Below, piece after piece: positions 1-8,411 of a stretch of DNA of 39,426 nt. The position numbers were made by a program, and so were the translations under genes. Numbering within the stretch: the stretch's first letter is position 1; each line of letters opens with the position of its first letter. Under the pieces are notes generated by a model. That model saw nothing but the letters and a program-made list of their open reading frames with translations. It was not told where the DNA came from and searched no databases. The stretch lies in IMG/VR virus record IMGVR_UViG_3300017780_002683, positions 1-39,426 of that record, one strand, 5' to 3'. This stretch comes from a virus. Lineage: Duplodnaviria > Caudoviricetes.

Positions 1-633
1 AGACGCTGGGGTGTCTGTCAACGCATAACGGAACCAGCCGTTGCCGACGTCCGTCACGGTGTAGGGTAACCCGCCCGCAAAACCGCCGGTGTACGCGCCG
101 GTCAAGCCATCAAAGAACGCGCCCCGATCTGGGCCACCGCCACCCGTAACAGTGACTGCGATATATCGCCGCTCTGCCGCTTTTACGTATACCGAACCCG
201 CGTGTGCAATGTTCGCTGCTGGCGTAATGATGGGTGACTGAACGTAGTGCGAAACGGTTGCAGCCGTGTTTTCAACAATCTTGTCAGCAGTCGTCGTTCC
301 ATCCGGGGCCACAACGCTGTTTGACGTTATGGTGGACTGTGCTTTAGTCCAAGCCGCATTATCAAACTGCTCCGAATAAGTCAGCAAATTGTGCGGCGCG
401 TACTGAAGCGTGCCGTCAGAGCCGATCAGCGTGGCGTTGCTGGTGCGGGAGAACGTAATGCGAGGGTCAAGTGTCGGGCCGTCGAATGCCGCAGTAATGA
501 AGTTCAACCCGAACGAGGGGCCGGCCACTACCTCCGAACCCCCACCGACACCTGCAACACCCATGACCCGAACTGCCGTAGCAGTCGAGGTCATGGCAAA
601 GTTCGCAACGCCCGCAAAGCCAACATCGCTCAT
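1..633 (-). CDS. Virion protein, tail fibre/spike-like (3' part beyond window)
   Basis: ATG at 633 directly after the stop of the upstream gene; open to the window edge; reads MSDVGFAG...LDPRITFSRTSNAT...NLLTYSEQFDNAAWTK...APDGTTTADKIVE...DVGNGWFR, typical of phage fibre/carbohydrate-binding virion proteins. Not in the ORF track. Confidence 0.7.
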   Translation of the reverse strand, partial: MSDVGFAGVANFAMTSTATAVRVMGVAGVGGGSEVVAGPSFGLNFITAAFDGPTLDPRITFSRTSNATLIGSDGTLQYAPHNLLTYSEQFDNAAWTKAQSTITSNSVVAPDGTTTADKIVENTAATVSHYVQSPIITPAANIAHAGSVYVKAAERRYIAVTVTGGGGPDRGAFFDGLTGAYTGGFAGGLPYTVTDVGNGWFRYALTDTPAS

Positions 634-951
634 TTATTTCCCCGGCATACCTGCCTGAATAACCGTAGCCGTAGCCGAGCCCGAGCCCGAATTGACCAGC
701 ACCTTGACACCCCGAATCGGAAAGGCGTAGTTGCCATCCGATGAAACCGCCGATGAAGCCAGCGTCGGGTGATTGAACCATGTCGGCGTCACCGCCGCAT
801 CCAACACGTCATCAAACGTGTGCTGAATGGTGTAGTTCACGGTTCCACTCACAACCACGCCAAGGCCCACGTTAAATGGGCTCTGGTAGTGATCCAACAC
901 CGCAACGCTGGACGAACCCGTCCCAGTCTGGCTAATTACGATTGGTCGCAT
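634..951 (-). CDS. Hypothetical virion-associated protein (105 aa)
   Basis: AGGAGG RBS upstream; beta-rich sequence in the structural operon. Confidence 0.65.
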   Translation of the reverse strand: MRPIVISQTGTGSSSVAVLDHYQSPFNVGLGVVVSGTVNYTIQHTFDDVLDAAVTPTWFNHPTLASSAVSSDGNYAFPIRGVKVLVNSGSGSATATVIQAGMPGK

Positions 952-964
952 ACCGACCTCCTAA

Positions 965-1438
965 TTAAGCGCTAGCGGGGTTCTGAGCGCCGTTGTCAGC
1001 ACGTTGAGCGTACACCACCGTGACGATGGCTCGGCCAGCAGTCAGCGTAGCGGTAGCCACAGCAACTCGCACATAGATCGTCGTGTCAGCAGTCGTCGAG
1101 GTCTGCCAAGCAAGCTGCGTAGCCGCCGTAGCAGTACCACGGAACCGGCCACCCGCCGTCGTAGCAATAGCCGCCATCAACTGCGCGCCGCCAGAAGCAT
1201 TGCCAACAGAAATCGTGGTGGTGCCCGCCGTAGCAGCAACCACTTGGTCAACAACGATGTCGATGATCTGGCTGCCTCGGGGGATGATGAATGAAGCGGT
1301 GTCGACGTTACCAACAATGGTGCCAGTCAGGTCGCCCGTGTCGTAGGATTGGCTCAGATTGACCAAACCAGTGTTACGACCTGCGCCTTCGCGCACGGTG
1401 CCAGAACGGATTGGGCCGGAAAATGTAGAAAAGCTCAT
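965..1438 (-). CDS. Putative structural/head decoration protein (157 aa)
   Basis: Ala/Thr/Gly-rich, N-terminal TFSGPIRSG motif of the kind seen in genes following the capsid gene; position. Confidence 0.6.
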   Translation of the reverse strand: MSFSTFSGPIRSGTVREGAGRNTGLVNLSQSYDTGDLTGTIVGNVDTASFIIPRGSQIIDIVVDQVVAATAGTTTISVGNASGGAQLMAAIATTAGGRFRGTATAATQLAWQTSTTADTTIYVRVAVATATLTAGRAIVTVVYAQRADNGAQNPASA

Positions 1439-1446
1439 GATGTTCT

Positions 1447-1503
1447 CACATGCGAGTTACGCGAGCCTGTCTGCATGTCGTCAGCCGGGACTGTCAGACT
1501 CGC
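1447..1503 (-). ncRNA. Putative structured 5'-UTR element (stem plus pseudoknot next to RBS)
   Basis: Minus strand GCGAGUCUG/CAGGCUCGC 9-bp stem, inner CAGU/GCUG hairpin, loop ACAUGC complementary to downstream GCAUGU. Confidence 0.4.
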
Positions 1504-1523
1504 CGGAATCCCCGGGGTACCCC

Positions 1524-1552
1524 TTTGTATCATTTGTGAGGGGGGAAGGCAA
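1524..1552 (-). promoter_or_regulatory. Sigma70-type promoter at the end of the HNH gene
   Basis: TTGCCT-17 bp-TACAAA with extended -10 TGn. Confidence 0.45.
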
Positions 1553-2150
1553 GCGCGTCACTGTCAGACGGCACCGTATTTGACTTTTCCAAGTTCTCCT
1601 TGCGCGTAATTATCCGCAAGTTCCAAGGCACATGCAGGCCGCACACCTCATCTGAGCGCAACGGGTAGATATGGTCTACAACGTACTGTTCACCGGTGGT
1701 TTGCGTCATAACAATTGCAGCTTGGTACATGTGTCGAATAGCCGCTTTTTGTTGACGGCTTAACCATACAGGCGTAGCCAATCGGTGCTTTCTACGACGC
1801 GCTTTCGTGTCCGCCCGCACCCACACCTTGTTGCGCTGCTTCCACGCGTCCTGGTATTGCTTTTTTACATGGGCCGGGCGTGTAGAAGCCGCTTGCACTA
1901 CCTGCTCCTTATTCTCCACGTACCACTCGTGCTTACGTTCTTTGACGTCCTCTCGCTTGTTATACGTTCGAAAGTACTCGGCGCGTGTCTCGGCCGTTTT
2001 TTTGGCTTCAACACGGACGCATTCCGTACACGCACCTTTTGTCTTACGTGGTGCAATGTGCCCATGCTTACACGGCAGGCCCGTAAAGTAATGGGTAACG
2101 CCGAGCGCCTGTGCTTCGGCCCGCGTTTTTGGCAAGTTGTCGATGTCCAT
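1530..2150 (-). CDS. Free-standing HNH homing endonuclease
   Basis: N-terminal YFTGLPCKHGH...CTEC Zn motif; C-terminal VDHIYPL...VCGLHVPWNLRIITRKENLEKSN HNH motif. Confidence 0.85.
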   Translation of the reverse strand: MDIDNLPKTRAEAQALGVTHYFTGLPCKHGHIAPRKTKGACTECVRVEAKKTAETRAEYFRTYNKREDVKERKHEWYVENKEQVVQAASTRPAHVKKQYQDAWKQRNKVWVRADTKARRRKHRLATPVWLSRQQKAAIRHMYQAAIVMTQTTGEQYVVDHIYPLRSDEVCGLHVPWNLRIITRKENLEKSNTVPSDSDALAFPPHK

Positions 2151-2180
2151 AATGTTTCCTGAGACTTAGTAACAGGTAAC

Positions 2181-2208
2181 ATTCTACACAGGTACACTGT
2201 GCCGTCAA
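2181..2208 (-). promoter_or_regulatory. Sigma70-type promoter of the HNH gene
   Basis: TTGACG-16 bp-TAGAAT, about 30 nt upstream of the ATG, which has an AGGA RBS. Confidence 0.6.
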
Positions 2209-2252
2209 CACGAGTTTATGTGTACCGCTTGCTAGCTTTATACCGATCAGGC

Positions 2253-2279
2253 AAAGAAAAAGCCCACCGAAGTGGGCTT
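2253..2279 (-). terminator. Rho-independent terminator after major capsid gene
   Basis: AAGCCCAC-TTCG-GTGGGCTT followed by TTTCTTT on the minus strand. Confidence 0.85.
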
Positions 2280-2289
2280 AAAATCTCGC

Positions 2290-2302
2290 TAAGTGCTTGA
2301 TT
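2290..2302 (-). promoter_or_regulatory. IHF-site consensus match
   Basis: AATCAAGCACTTA matches WATCAANNNNTTR exactly. Confidence 0.35.
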
Positions 2303-2316
2303 TTACTGAGGTTTTA

Positions 2317-3249
2317 TCAGGTCGAACCGGCCGAGCCCCAGATGCCAAGTGCATCACTCCAGCCAAACGAATACCGCTCGCGCGCTTTGTAACGCACGTT
2401 ACCGGTATCGAAGTCTCCATCCATTGAGGTTGCCATAGGCGAACGCTCAAAGTGCTTCAGGCCGTTGGGCACGTCGGTCAGCAAGAACCAGCCGTTCACG
2501 TCGGTCAAGAAGTGGTTGACGCAGTAGCCTTCAGGAATGGCGCCCAACTGTTTGATAGCGTTGATATCGTTATCAGTGGTCGAGACGCGCAGTTCCGTGT
2601 CCATCAGACGCTTGGCAACGAACATGTACGCTGGAGGAATGACCAGCTTACGTGGCTTGGCAGCGATCAGCAGACCGCGCTCGTCAGTCCAGGCAGCGAT
2701 TTGAATGATCGCGGCTTCCAGGGAAGTCTCGTTCAAGTCGACGCCAGTGGCGGGGCTGTTGTAGTTAACAGAGCCGTTGACCAGGGGGTGGCCAACACGA
2801 ACGCTGCTGGAGTTGACGCCGCACAGGGAGACACCGTCGCCGCCCAGGAAGCTGCCGCTGAACGCATTGTTCAGAACGGAAGCGCCCTTGACTTGCTTGG
2901 TGTAAGCCATACCACGGGCCAGAGCCTTGGTGTAGCGGGCAGACAGGCTGTCATACAGATTGTCTTCCACTGCTTCTTCAGTGATGGAGAAGCCCAGAGC
3001 GATGGTCTCGTGGGTGTAGCGAGCGGTGAAAGCTTCCTGCGCATTGTCATAAGCAATGGCGGCGCCTTCGTTCTTGACCGGAGCAGCGCCGAAGCCGGCG
3101 AGCTTGGTTTCTTCTTCAAAGCTACGTTCCGATTTCTCGATGTCGTAGATTTCCTTGTGCTCTTCGCCGTAGCGAGCGTACTCCAAGCCGAACAAGGCGT
3201 TCAAGCCGGGCAGGAGTTCCTTAAGCAGTTGTGCGCGTGAAATAGCCAT
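2317..3249 (-). CDS. Major capsid protein
   Basis: 310 aa, MAISRAQLLKELLPGLNALFG...FDTGNVRYKARERYSFGWSD; GGAG RBS; followed by a strong terminator; downstream of portal and scaffold. Confidence 0.9.
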   Translation of the reverse strand: MAISRAQLLKELLPGLNALFGLEYARYGEEHKEIYDIEKSERSFEEETKLAGFGAAPVKNEGAAIAYDNAQEAFTARYTHETIALGFSITEEAVEDNLYDSLSARYTKALARGMAYTKQVKGASVLNNAFSGSFLGGDGVSLCGVNSSSVRVGHPLVNGSVNYNSPATGVDLNETSLEAAIIQIAAWTDERGLLIAAKPRKLVIPPAYMFVAKRLMDTELRVSTTDNDINAIKQLGAIPEGYCVNHFLTDVNGWFLLTDVPNGLKHFERSPMATSMDGDFDTGNVRYKARERYSFGWSDALGIWGSAGST

Positions 3250-3259
3250 TATTTACTCC

Positions 3260-3883
3260 TTAGACGCCGGTGGCGAGGTAGTACGAATGCGTGCCTTGAT
3301 TGAACTTCACCAGGAGTTCTGGGAAAGCATCAGTCTCGGTGCCAGCAACAACGCCAACAACGCGCATTGCCAAGGTGGCGGTCAGTGCCAAGGAAGCGCC
3401 GTTAACGCCAACAATGACGTTGACGCCAGAGTTACCGGTGGCAGCGCTACCAGCAGTGACGAAGCCCAGAGCAGCGTTCTTACCGACTGCGCCAGCAGCG
3501 CCGTTGGTCAGCGAGCCGAAGGCAGCCGTACCTTGCACTTGGAACACCAGATCAGGATCGTCAGCAACAATGATGAACACGTCGGTATAACCGCCGGTGA
3601 TCGCGTTGGCAGGCAGGTACTGAGCGAAGGTGGGTTGCTTGGTGGCGGGGTTAACGTACCGAACACCCAGGCAAACACCGACGATACCGCTGGTGGTGCC
3701 GGCGGTAGGGGTGGCTGCGATGGCTGCGGGGTTACCTGCCGAAGACAGTTGAATCACATCGCCGTTATAGATAGCGGCGGTGTTGTTGGTAGACAGCTTG
3801 ATTTCGCGGGTAGAACCAGCGAAGGACTGCCCACCAATCAGGTTTACAGGCTTAAGCCCGTAGGGAGAAAGCGTCGAGGCCAT
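3260..3883 (-). CDS. Putative capsid decoration/cement protein
   Basis: 207 aa Gly/Ala-rich, PYGLKPV...DDPDLVFQVQ; immediately upstream of the capsid gene; AGGAG RBS. Confidence 0.6.
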   Translation of the reverse strand: MASTLSPYGLKPVNLIGGQSFAGSTREIKLSTNNTAAIYNGDVIQLSSAGNPAAIAATPTAGTTSGIVGVCLGVRYVNPATKQPTFAQYLPANAITGGYTDVFIIVADDPDLVFQVQGTAAFGSLTNGAAGAVGKNAALGFVTAGSAATGNSGVNVIVGVNGASLALTATLAMRVVGVVAGTETDAFPELLVKFNQGTHSYYLATGV

Positions 3884-3896
3884 ATAAGACTCCTAG

Positions 3897-4352
3897 TTAA
3901 GTACCAGAACCAAAACCCCCGCCGCCACGGCTGGTCGAAGACTTCTTCTCCGAGAACAGCGGCATACGAGGATCGTTGTTTCGCATAAAGTTGTTGTCGA
4001 CTGAGTCCACCTGCGCTTGGGCTTGGTTGGCATAGTAAGCGTCGCGAGCTTGCGCACGTTCTTTGGCCATCTTGCAGAGCATGAGGCCGCCGATTTCGAC
4101 GTTTCCAGTTTTGCTGCCAAGCAACATCAGTTCAGGGTGGTCAGACGCCTTGACCGGTTCCCAACCTTCGCGCAACTTCTTAGACACGTTGGTAGGATCA
4201 GACTGTCCCAGAACGTGCGTCGCTACCCAGCGATACACATACCCAGGCTCAGGAGTAGGGTCAGGCAAGGTACTCGGGGGTGTGTACACCATACGAGCAG
4301 TTTTTTCGCGTGATGCCAGATCACGGGGTGTGCGGGAAGTTGCTTCAGCCAT
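3897..4352 (-). CDS. Conserved head-module hypothetical protein
   Basis: Start re-called at ATG 4352 (MAEATSR); PGYVYRWV...LREGWEPV...GGLMLCK motifs. Confidence 0.7.
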   Translation of the reverse strand: MAEATSRTPRDLASREKTARMVYTPPSTLPDPTPEPGYVYRWVATHVLGQSDPTNVSKKLREGWEPVKASDHPELMLLGSKTGNVEIGGLMLCKMAKERAQARDAYYANQAQAQVDSVDNNFMRNNDPRMPLFSEKKSSTSRGGGGFGSGT

Positions 4353-5283
4353 TTGATTTCTCCATTTTTGCGATTTCAGCCGCGTATTGCTGTGGGGTAA
4401 GACCGAACTTGCGTGCCAACGCAACCTGCGTGGACGTAAGCTGAATCTTTCTTGCACCAGTGGAGCGAGTCCCCGGCGCTACGACGGTTGCTGGCCGCTT
4501 GGATCCATCACCAGACTTTTGGTTATTGTCCGAGCCAAAGAAATCCGAAAACACCGAACGCATGCGAGCATCAATTTGCTCGAAGTACTCATCAGAGCGA
4601 GGGTCAACCCCCGAATTCACTAGTTTTTGATGCAGCCCTAGTGAGAAGCTGGTCATTTCCTCGTGCCCAGAAGCCCCAAACCACTGGTTTTTTGCCTGCC
4701 AGCGCAGAGTCTTGTCATCGACCTGGGGTGCCTGTTGCACTTGTTGGGGGATTTGTACCACTTCTTCTTGAGGCTGTAAAGCAACATGCTTTGCATATCT
4801 AGCCTGCTGAAGACGTAGTTTGGCATCCGACATTTCTTCCTGAGCCGAAATAATCGCATCAGTATCAAAAGCCTCGTGCGCGGCCTTCAATTTCTTACGT
4901 GCGTTATCCAGCTCCATCTCTGCGGCAGAACTCGCGGTCTCAGCGTACTGCTTGGCGCCTTCGTTGTACTGGGTCTTGAGTCGGCGGTTCTCGTCGATCA
5001 GCGCTTGGGCGATTCGTTCGAGTTCTTGCTTCTCGCGCTGGGTCGTTTCCTTGGCACGGCGCTCATCATGTCGTGCATGCGTAAGCTCTTTAATACGCTT
5101 CTTGACGCCGTCGGAGTACGCCTCCAGCTCATCGTCAGACGGATCACTGACTTCACGATCCAGCGGCTTGCGGCCACGGTCTTTCGCAGGAGTGTCATCA
5201 ACGATCTCAACTTCAAAGGAATCATCCGCTTCAACGGAGACCTTCTTGTCTTCTTCATCCGGGAACTTGTATTCTTCAGTCAT
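4345..5283 (-). CDS. Putative scaffolding protein
   Basis: Acidic N-terminus, long coiled coil, C-terminal ARKFGLTPQQYA; between portal and capsid genes. Confidence 0.65.
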   Translation of the reverse strand: MTEEYKFPDEEDKKVSVEADDSFEVEIVDDTPAKDRGRKPLDREVSDPSDDELEAYSDGVKKRIKELTHARHDERRAKETTQREKQELERIAQALIDENRRLKTQYNEGAKQYAETASSAAEMELDNARKKLKAAHEAFDTDAIISAQEEMSDAKLRLQQARYAKHVALQPQEEVVQIPQQVQQAPQVDDKTLRWQAKNQWFGASGHEEMTSFSLGLHQKLVNSGVDPRSDEYFEQIDARMRSVFSDFFGSDNNQKSGDGSKRPATVVAPGTRSTGARKIQLTSTQVALARKFGLTPQQYAAEIAKMEKSNG

Positions 5284-5292
5284 GGTAGCTCC

Positions 5293-5721
5293 TTATGCAG
5301 CGCGGCTGATGCCGCGAGGGTCGTCCACAACAGCGTCGATCTGGTCATCGTTGAGCAGACGGAACTCTTTGCCGTAGATCTTGAACCGGGTGCCAGAGTA
5401 GGTTCGAACAAGTACGAAGTCGCCTTCCTTACACCACGCGCCGGAAGGGAACTTGGCTGCATCCTTATATGCGTCGGGGCCTACCTTCAACACGAACATC
5501 ACGGTCGTCGCATGCTCTTCAGACTTCATGAAAGACTCGGCCTTGACGATCGAGGAGTTTTCAAACTTGTCTGAAACATCAGGAACTACGCACAGGAGTT
5601 TGTAGCCTGTAGGTTGGGGAACCTGCGTGGCCTTTTGCTCTTGCGGAGCATCTTCCGGCTTGTCGATGGGTTGAATCGGTTCGGGCAGGCTGACACCTGG
5701 GGGCAGAATGATATTACTCAT
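5293..5721 (-). CDS. GroES-like co-chaperonin
   Basis: PTGYKLL...KVGPDAY...WCKEGDFVLVRTYSGTRFKIYGKEFRLLNDDQIDAVV matches the Cpn10 pattern. Confidence 0.85.
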   Translation of the reverse strand: MSNIILPPGVSLPEPIQPIDKPEDAPQEQKATQVPQPTGYKLLCVVPDVSDKFENSSIVKAESFMKSEEHATTVMFVLKVGPDAYKDAAKFPSGAWCKEGDFVLVRTYSGTRFKIYGKEFRLLNDDQIDAVVDDPRGISRAA

Positions 5722-5917
5722 CTGATTGCTCGACTTTCTCTAGCAAGGCCAGTAAATGGGATTCTGCGATCGCTAGGCCCTGAATCACGCCGCAGAGTTT
5801 CTGATATTCGTCAAACGACCGACAACCCCCTCCCGAGAGGTCGTCAGCGTAGTTATTCATGTCCGTGCGTAGCTTATCGCGCAGTACGCGTGCGAAGTCT
5901 TTCATCATGACGGACAT
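5714..5917 (-). CDS. Small hypothetical protein (67 aa)
   Basis: Overlaps flanking stop/start codons; YQKLCGVIQGL motif. Confidence 0.7.
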   Translation of the reverse strand: MSVMMKDFARVLRDKLRTDMNNYADDLSGGGCRSFDEYQKLCGVIQGLAIAESHLLALLEKVEQSDE

Positions 5918-8403
5918 TACTCCTCAGTAGGTTTCTTCTGTTGGCTCTGCATGGCGGCTTGACGCGCCTGCGCAGCCGCTTGCTGTTTGCTCTTGGCAAT
6001 GTCGATACCCATGCGCACGCCTTCGCGTTGTTGCTGGTCTTGCCGACTCTGCTGCTTGTGCTCGACATCCTTGCTGATCTTGAGCATGTTGAGTTCGGAC
6101 GTGTTCTCCATCTTCTCGCGCTCGATGTCGATGCGGTCAGACTCGGCAGCCGCGTTGGCCTGCATCTGCTTTTCCTTGATGTCCAGCTCGCGGGAGCGAA
6201 GCTGCAGTTCTTGCTGCTGCATCTGCAGCACAGGATCCTGGGCTTGTTGCTGGGCTTGCTGTTGTGCAGCCATTGCTTGGTTCTGCTGCAGCAACTGCTG
6301 GGCAGCCTGGGCCATCATGCCGGACATGGCGATCTCAACTTCTGGTGGCAGCTTCTCGTCTTCTGGCGGCAGGGCCATACCGAGCTGTTGCTCGATCTTC
6401 TGGCGGTAGCCGTAGCCAACGTGCTCGGCGATGTGCGCTTGGATGGCTCCGAGCATTGCTTGCGCCTGGGGGTTCTGCCCCATCAGCTTCTGAACAATGG
6501 GATCCTGCATCATCGCGGTATGCACCTGGATGTGTGCTTCGTGATCTTGGTGAATGAACGCCTTGAGGGGCTTGCCCTTGAGCACGAACATGTTCTCAGT
6601 CACGGGGTCAACGGGCTTCTGATCGTCCGGCAGAGCAACTAGCTTCTCGGGGTTCTTGATGCCCAGAACCTCCAGCATGCCTCGGTGCAACTGGGGCAGG
6701 TCGTAGATCTGTGGCGCGCTCTGGGCGAGCTGGATGACTGCTTGGTACTGTACGACGCGCTGTGCCAGCGTGGACGCGTTCGGGTCGGACACCGGGATGA
6801 TATCGACATGCTTGAAGTCCTCTTTGCGAGCGCTCTGGCGACCGGTCTCAGGCTCGTAGCTGTAGTCCTCATCGGCGTAGTCAGCGATGATGTCCTTGAT
6901 CAGACCCAGCTCTTGCTTGAGCGCGTAGTGAACCCGTGCCTGCACGGCCGTCATGACCTTGAGCTGGCGCTCCAGCAGTGCCAGGGTGGTACCCACCGGC
7001 GCCTGGGCTGACATGTCGCTGACCTGCATGTCGGCGGTAGCTGCGAAGCGACGGCCTTCTTCAACGATGGTGTTGAGCAGGTTGTACAGCGTGCCGCTTG
7101 GCTCTTTATACGGCAGGGGCAGAATGCTGTCGCGCATGGCGCCAGAGCCGACGTCCACGTCGCGCCACTCGCCTGGAGCGATCGGGGTGTCGTCACCCTT
7201 GATGCGCAGACCGCGAGACTTCAGACCACCGGGCAGGTTAGACAGCGTACCTGCGTCCACCAACTGGCGCATGATGGAGGTTGCCGACTTGGCGAAGCCG
7301 CCGATCAGGTGGAACAAACCGAAGCCGTAGGGGCCGAAGCCGGGGATGTAGTTGTACTGGACGAAGTGTTGACGCTTGAGCTTGAGTTCGTCTTCTTCTT
7401 TCCAGTTCCGGCGGATGGCCAGCACGGTGTTCGTGCCACGGATGAGCGTGATGACGTAAGGCAGGGCAATGCCGGTGGGCTCGCCGTCTTCCTCATCCTC
7501 GAATCCGGGCAGGTCGAGGTCAACGCAGCACTCGTACAGCACAAACCGCTCGTCGTTGATGTCGCTGAAGCCGGTCTCGCTGTCTTTGGCCTTCTGGATG
7601 TCGTCTTTGGTGTGTTCTGGCTCGCCGATCTCGGTTTCGCAGTAGAAACCGGCCTGCTGGAGCTTCAAAATCTCGTTTTTTGTCTTGCGCATAACGTGCG
7701 TTACGCGGTACGACGAGCGTGCATCGGTCACGCCGTAGGGCAGCAAAATGTCTTCTGCGGGGATAAAAATCGAGATTTGACGGTCTAAACTGGGGTCAAA
7801 GTACACTTTCTTGAACGCACTGCCTGCTGCCGGCAGGTTCCACAGCATTCTCTCGTGCTCTGGCCTGAACTCCTGCATGCGCTCGGTCAACTGGTAGTTC
7901 ATGTCGTCGACGACACGTACTGCAGACTCTTTCTTCGCAGGCGTCTCTTTACCGATGATCTTGGCCTTGACTGGGCCTGCTGCCGGGAACGTCTCGGTGA
8001 TCATCTCGCTCTGGAACCGAACAACTGCCTCAGTGATCATGGGGTGGAACACGCCGCAGGCGCCGTTCCAGGGCTCTGTGCGCTCCTCATACTTGAGACC
8101 CAACAGCTTCAAGCCGTCGACGTAGGCTTGCTCCCAGTCTTTACGGCTACTGCGGTCGTTCTGAATGTCTGAGTCCAACTCAGAGGCCAGCGCCTGCATC
8201 TTGCCCGCGTCCATATATTCGGCGAGGTTGGCGTTGAAGTCTTCCGCACTGGGCTCTTTAGGCGCAATGGTGAGGTCTAGACCTCCAGCGTGGATGGAGA
8301 CTTCTTCGGGATCAACGATCTCAATCTCGATCGGTTCCGCTTCTTCTTGCTCTAGACCTTGGGGGGCTTGGTACAGGCCCTTGTCCATGAAATTGGTAGC
8401 CAT
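5917..8403 (-). CDS. Portal protein with Gln-rich coiled-coil C-terminus
   Basis: 828 aa directly after terL; FKKVYFD, PGFGPYGFGL, DAGTLSNLPGG motifs; long barrel-like Q-rich tail. Confidence 0.88.
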   Translation of the reverse strand: MATNFMDKGLYQAPQGLEQEEAEPIEIEIVDPEEVSIHAGGLDLTIAPKEPSAEDFNANLAEYMDAGKMQALASELDSDIQNDRSSRKDWEQAYVDGLKLLGLKYEERTEPWNGACGVFHPMITEAVVRFQSEMITETFPAAGPVKAKIIGKETPAKKESAVRVVDDMNYQLTERMQEFRPEHERMLWNLPAAGSAFKKVYFDPSLDRQISIFIPAEDILLPYGVTDARSSYRVTHVMRKTKNEILKLQQAGFYCETEIGEPEHTKDDIQKAKDSETGFSDINDERFVLYECCVDLDLPGFEDEEDGEPTGIALPYVITLIRGTNTVLAIRRNWKEEDELKLKRQHFVQYNYIPGFGPYGFGLFHLIGGFAKSATSIMRQLVDAGTLSNLPGGLKSRGLRIKGDDTPIAPGEWRDVDVGSGAMRDSILPLPYKEPSGTLYNLLNTIVEEGRRFAATADMQVSDMSAQAPVGTTLALLERQLKVMTAVQARVHYALKQELGLIKDIIADYADEDYSYEPETGRQSARKEDFKHVDIIPVSDPNASTLAQRVVQYQAVIQLAQSAPQIYDLPQLHRGMLEVLGIKNPEKLVALPDDQKPVDPVTENMFVLKGKPLKAFIHQDHEAHIQVHTAMMQDPIVQKLMGQNPQAQAMLGAIQAHIAEHVGYGYRQKIEQQLGMALPPEDEKLPPEVEIAMSGMMAQAAQQLLQQNQAMAAQQQAQQQAQDPVLQMQQQELQLRSRELDIKEKQMQANAAAESDRIDIEREKMENTSELNMLKISKDVEHKQQSRQDQQQREGVRMGIDIAKSKQQAAAQARQAAMQSQQKKPTEE

Positions 8404-8411
8404 AAGGATCC

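Noticed and set aside
1470-1490. Hammerhead ribozyme (CUGACGA on the minus strand)
   Set aside because: No GAAA core or stem II/III arrangement follows
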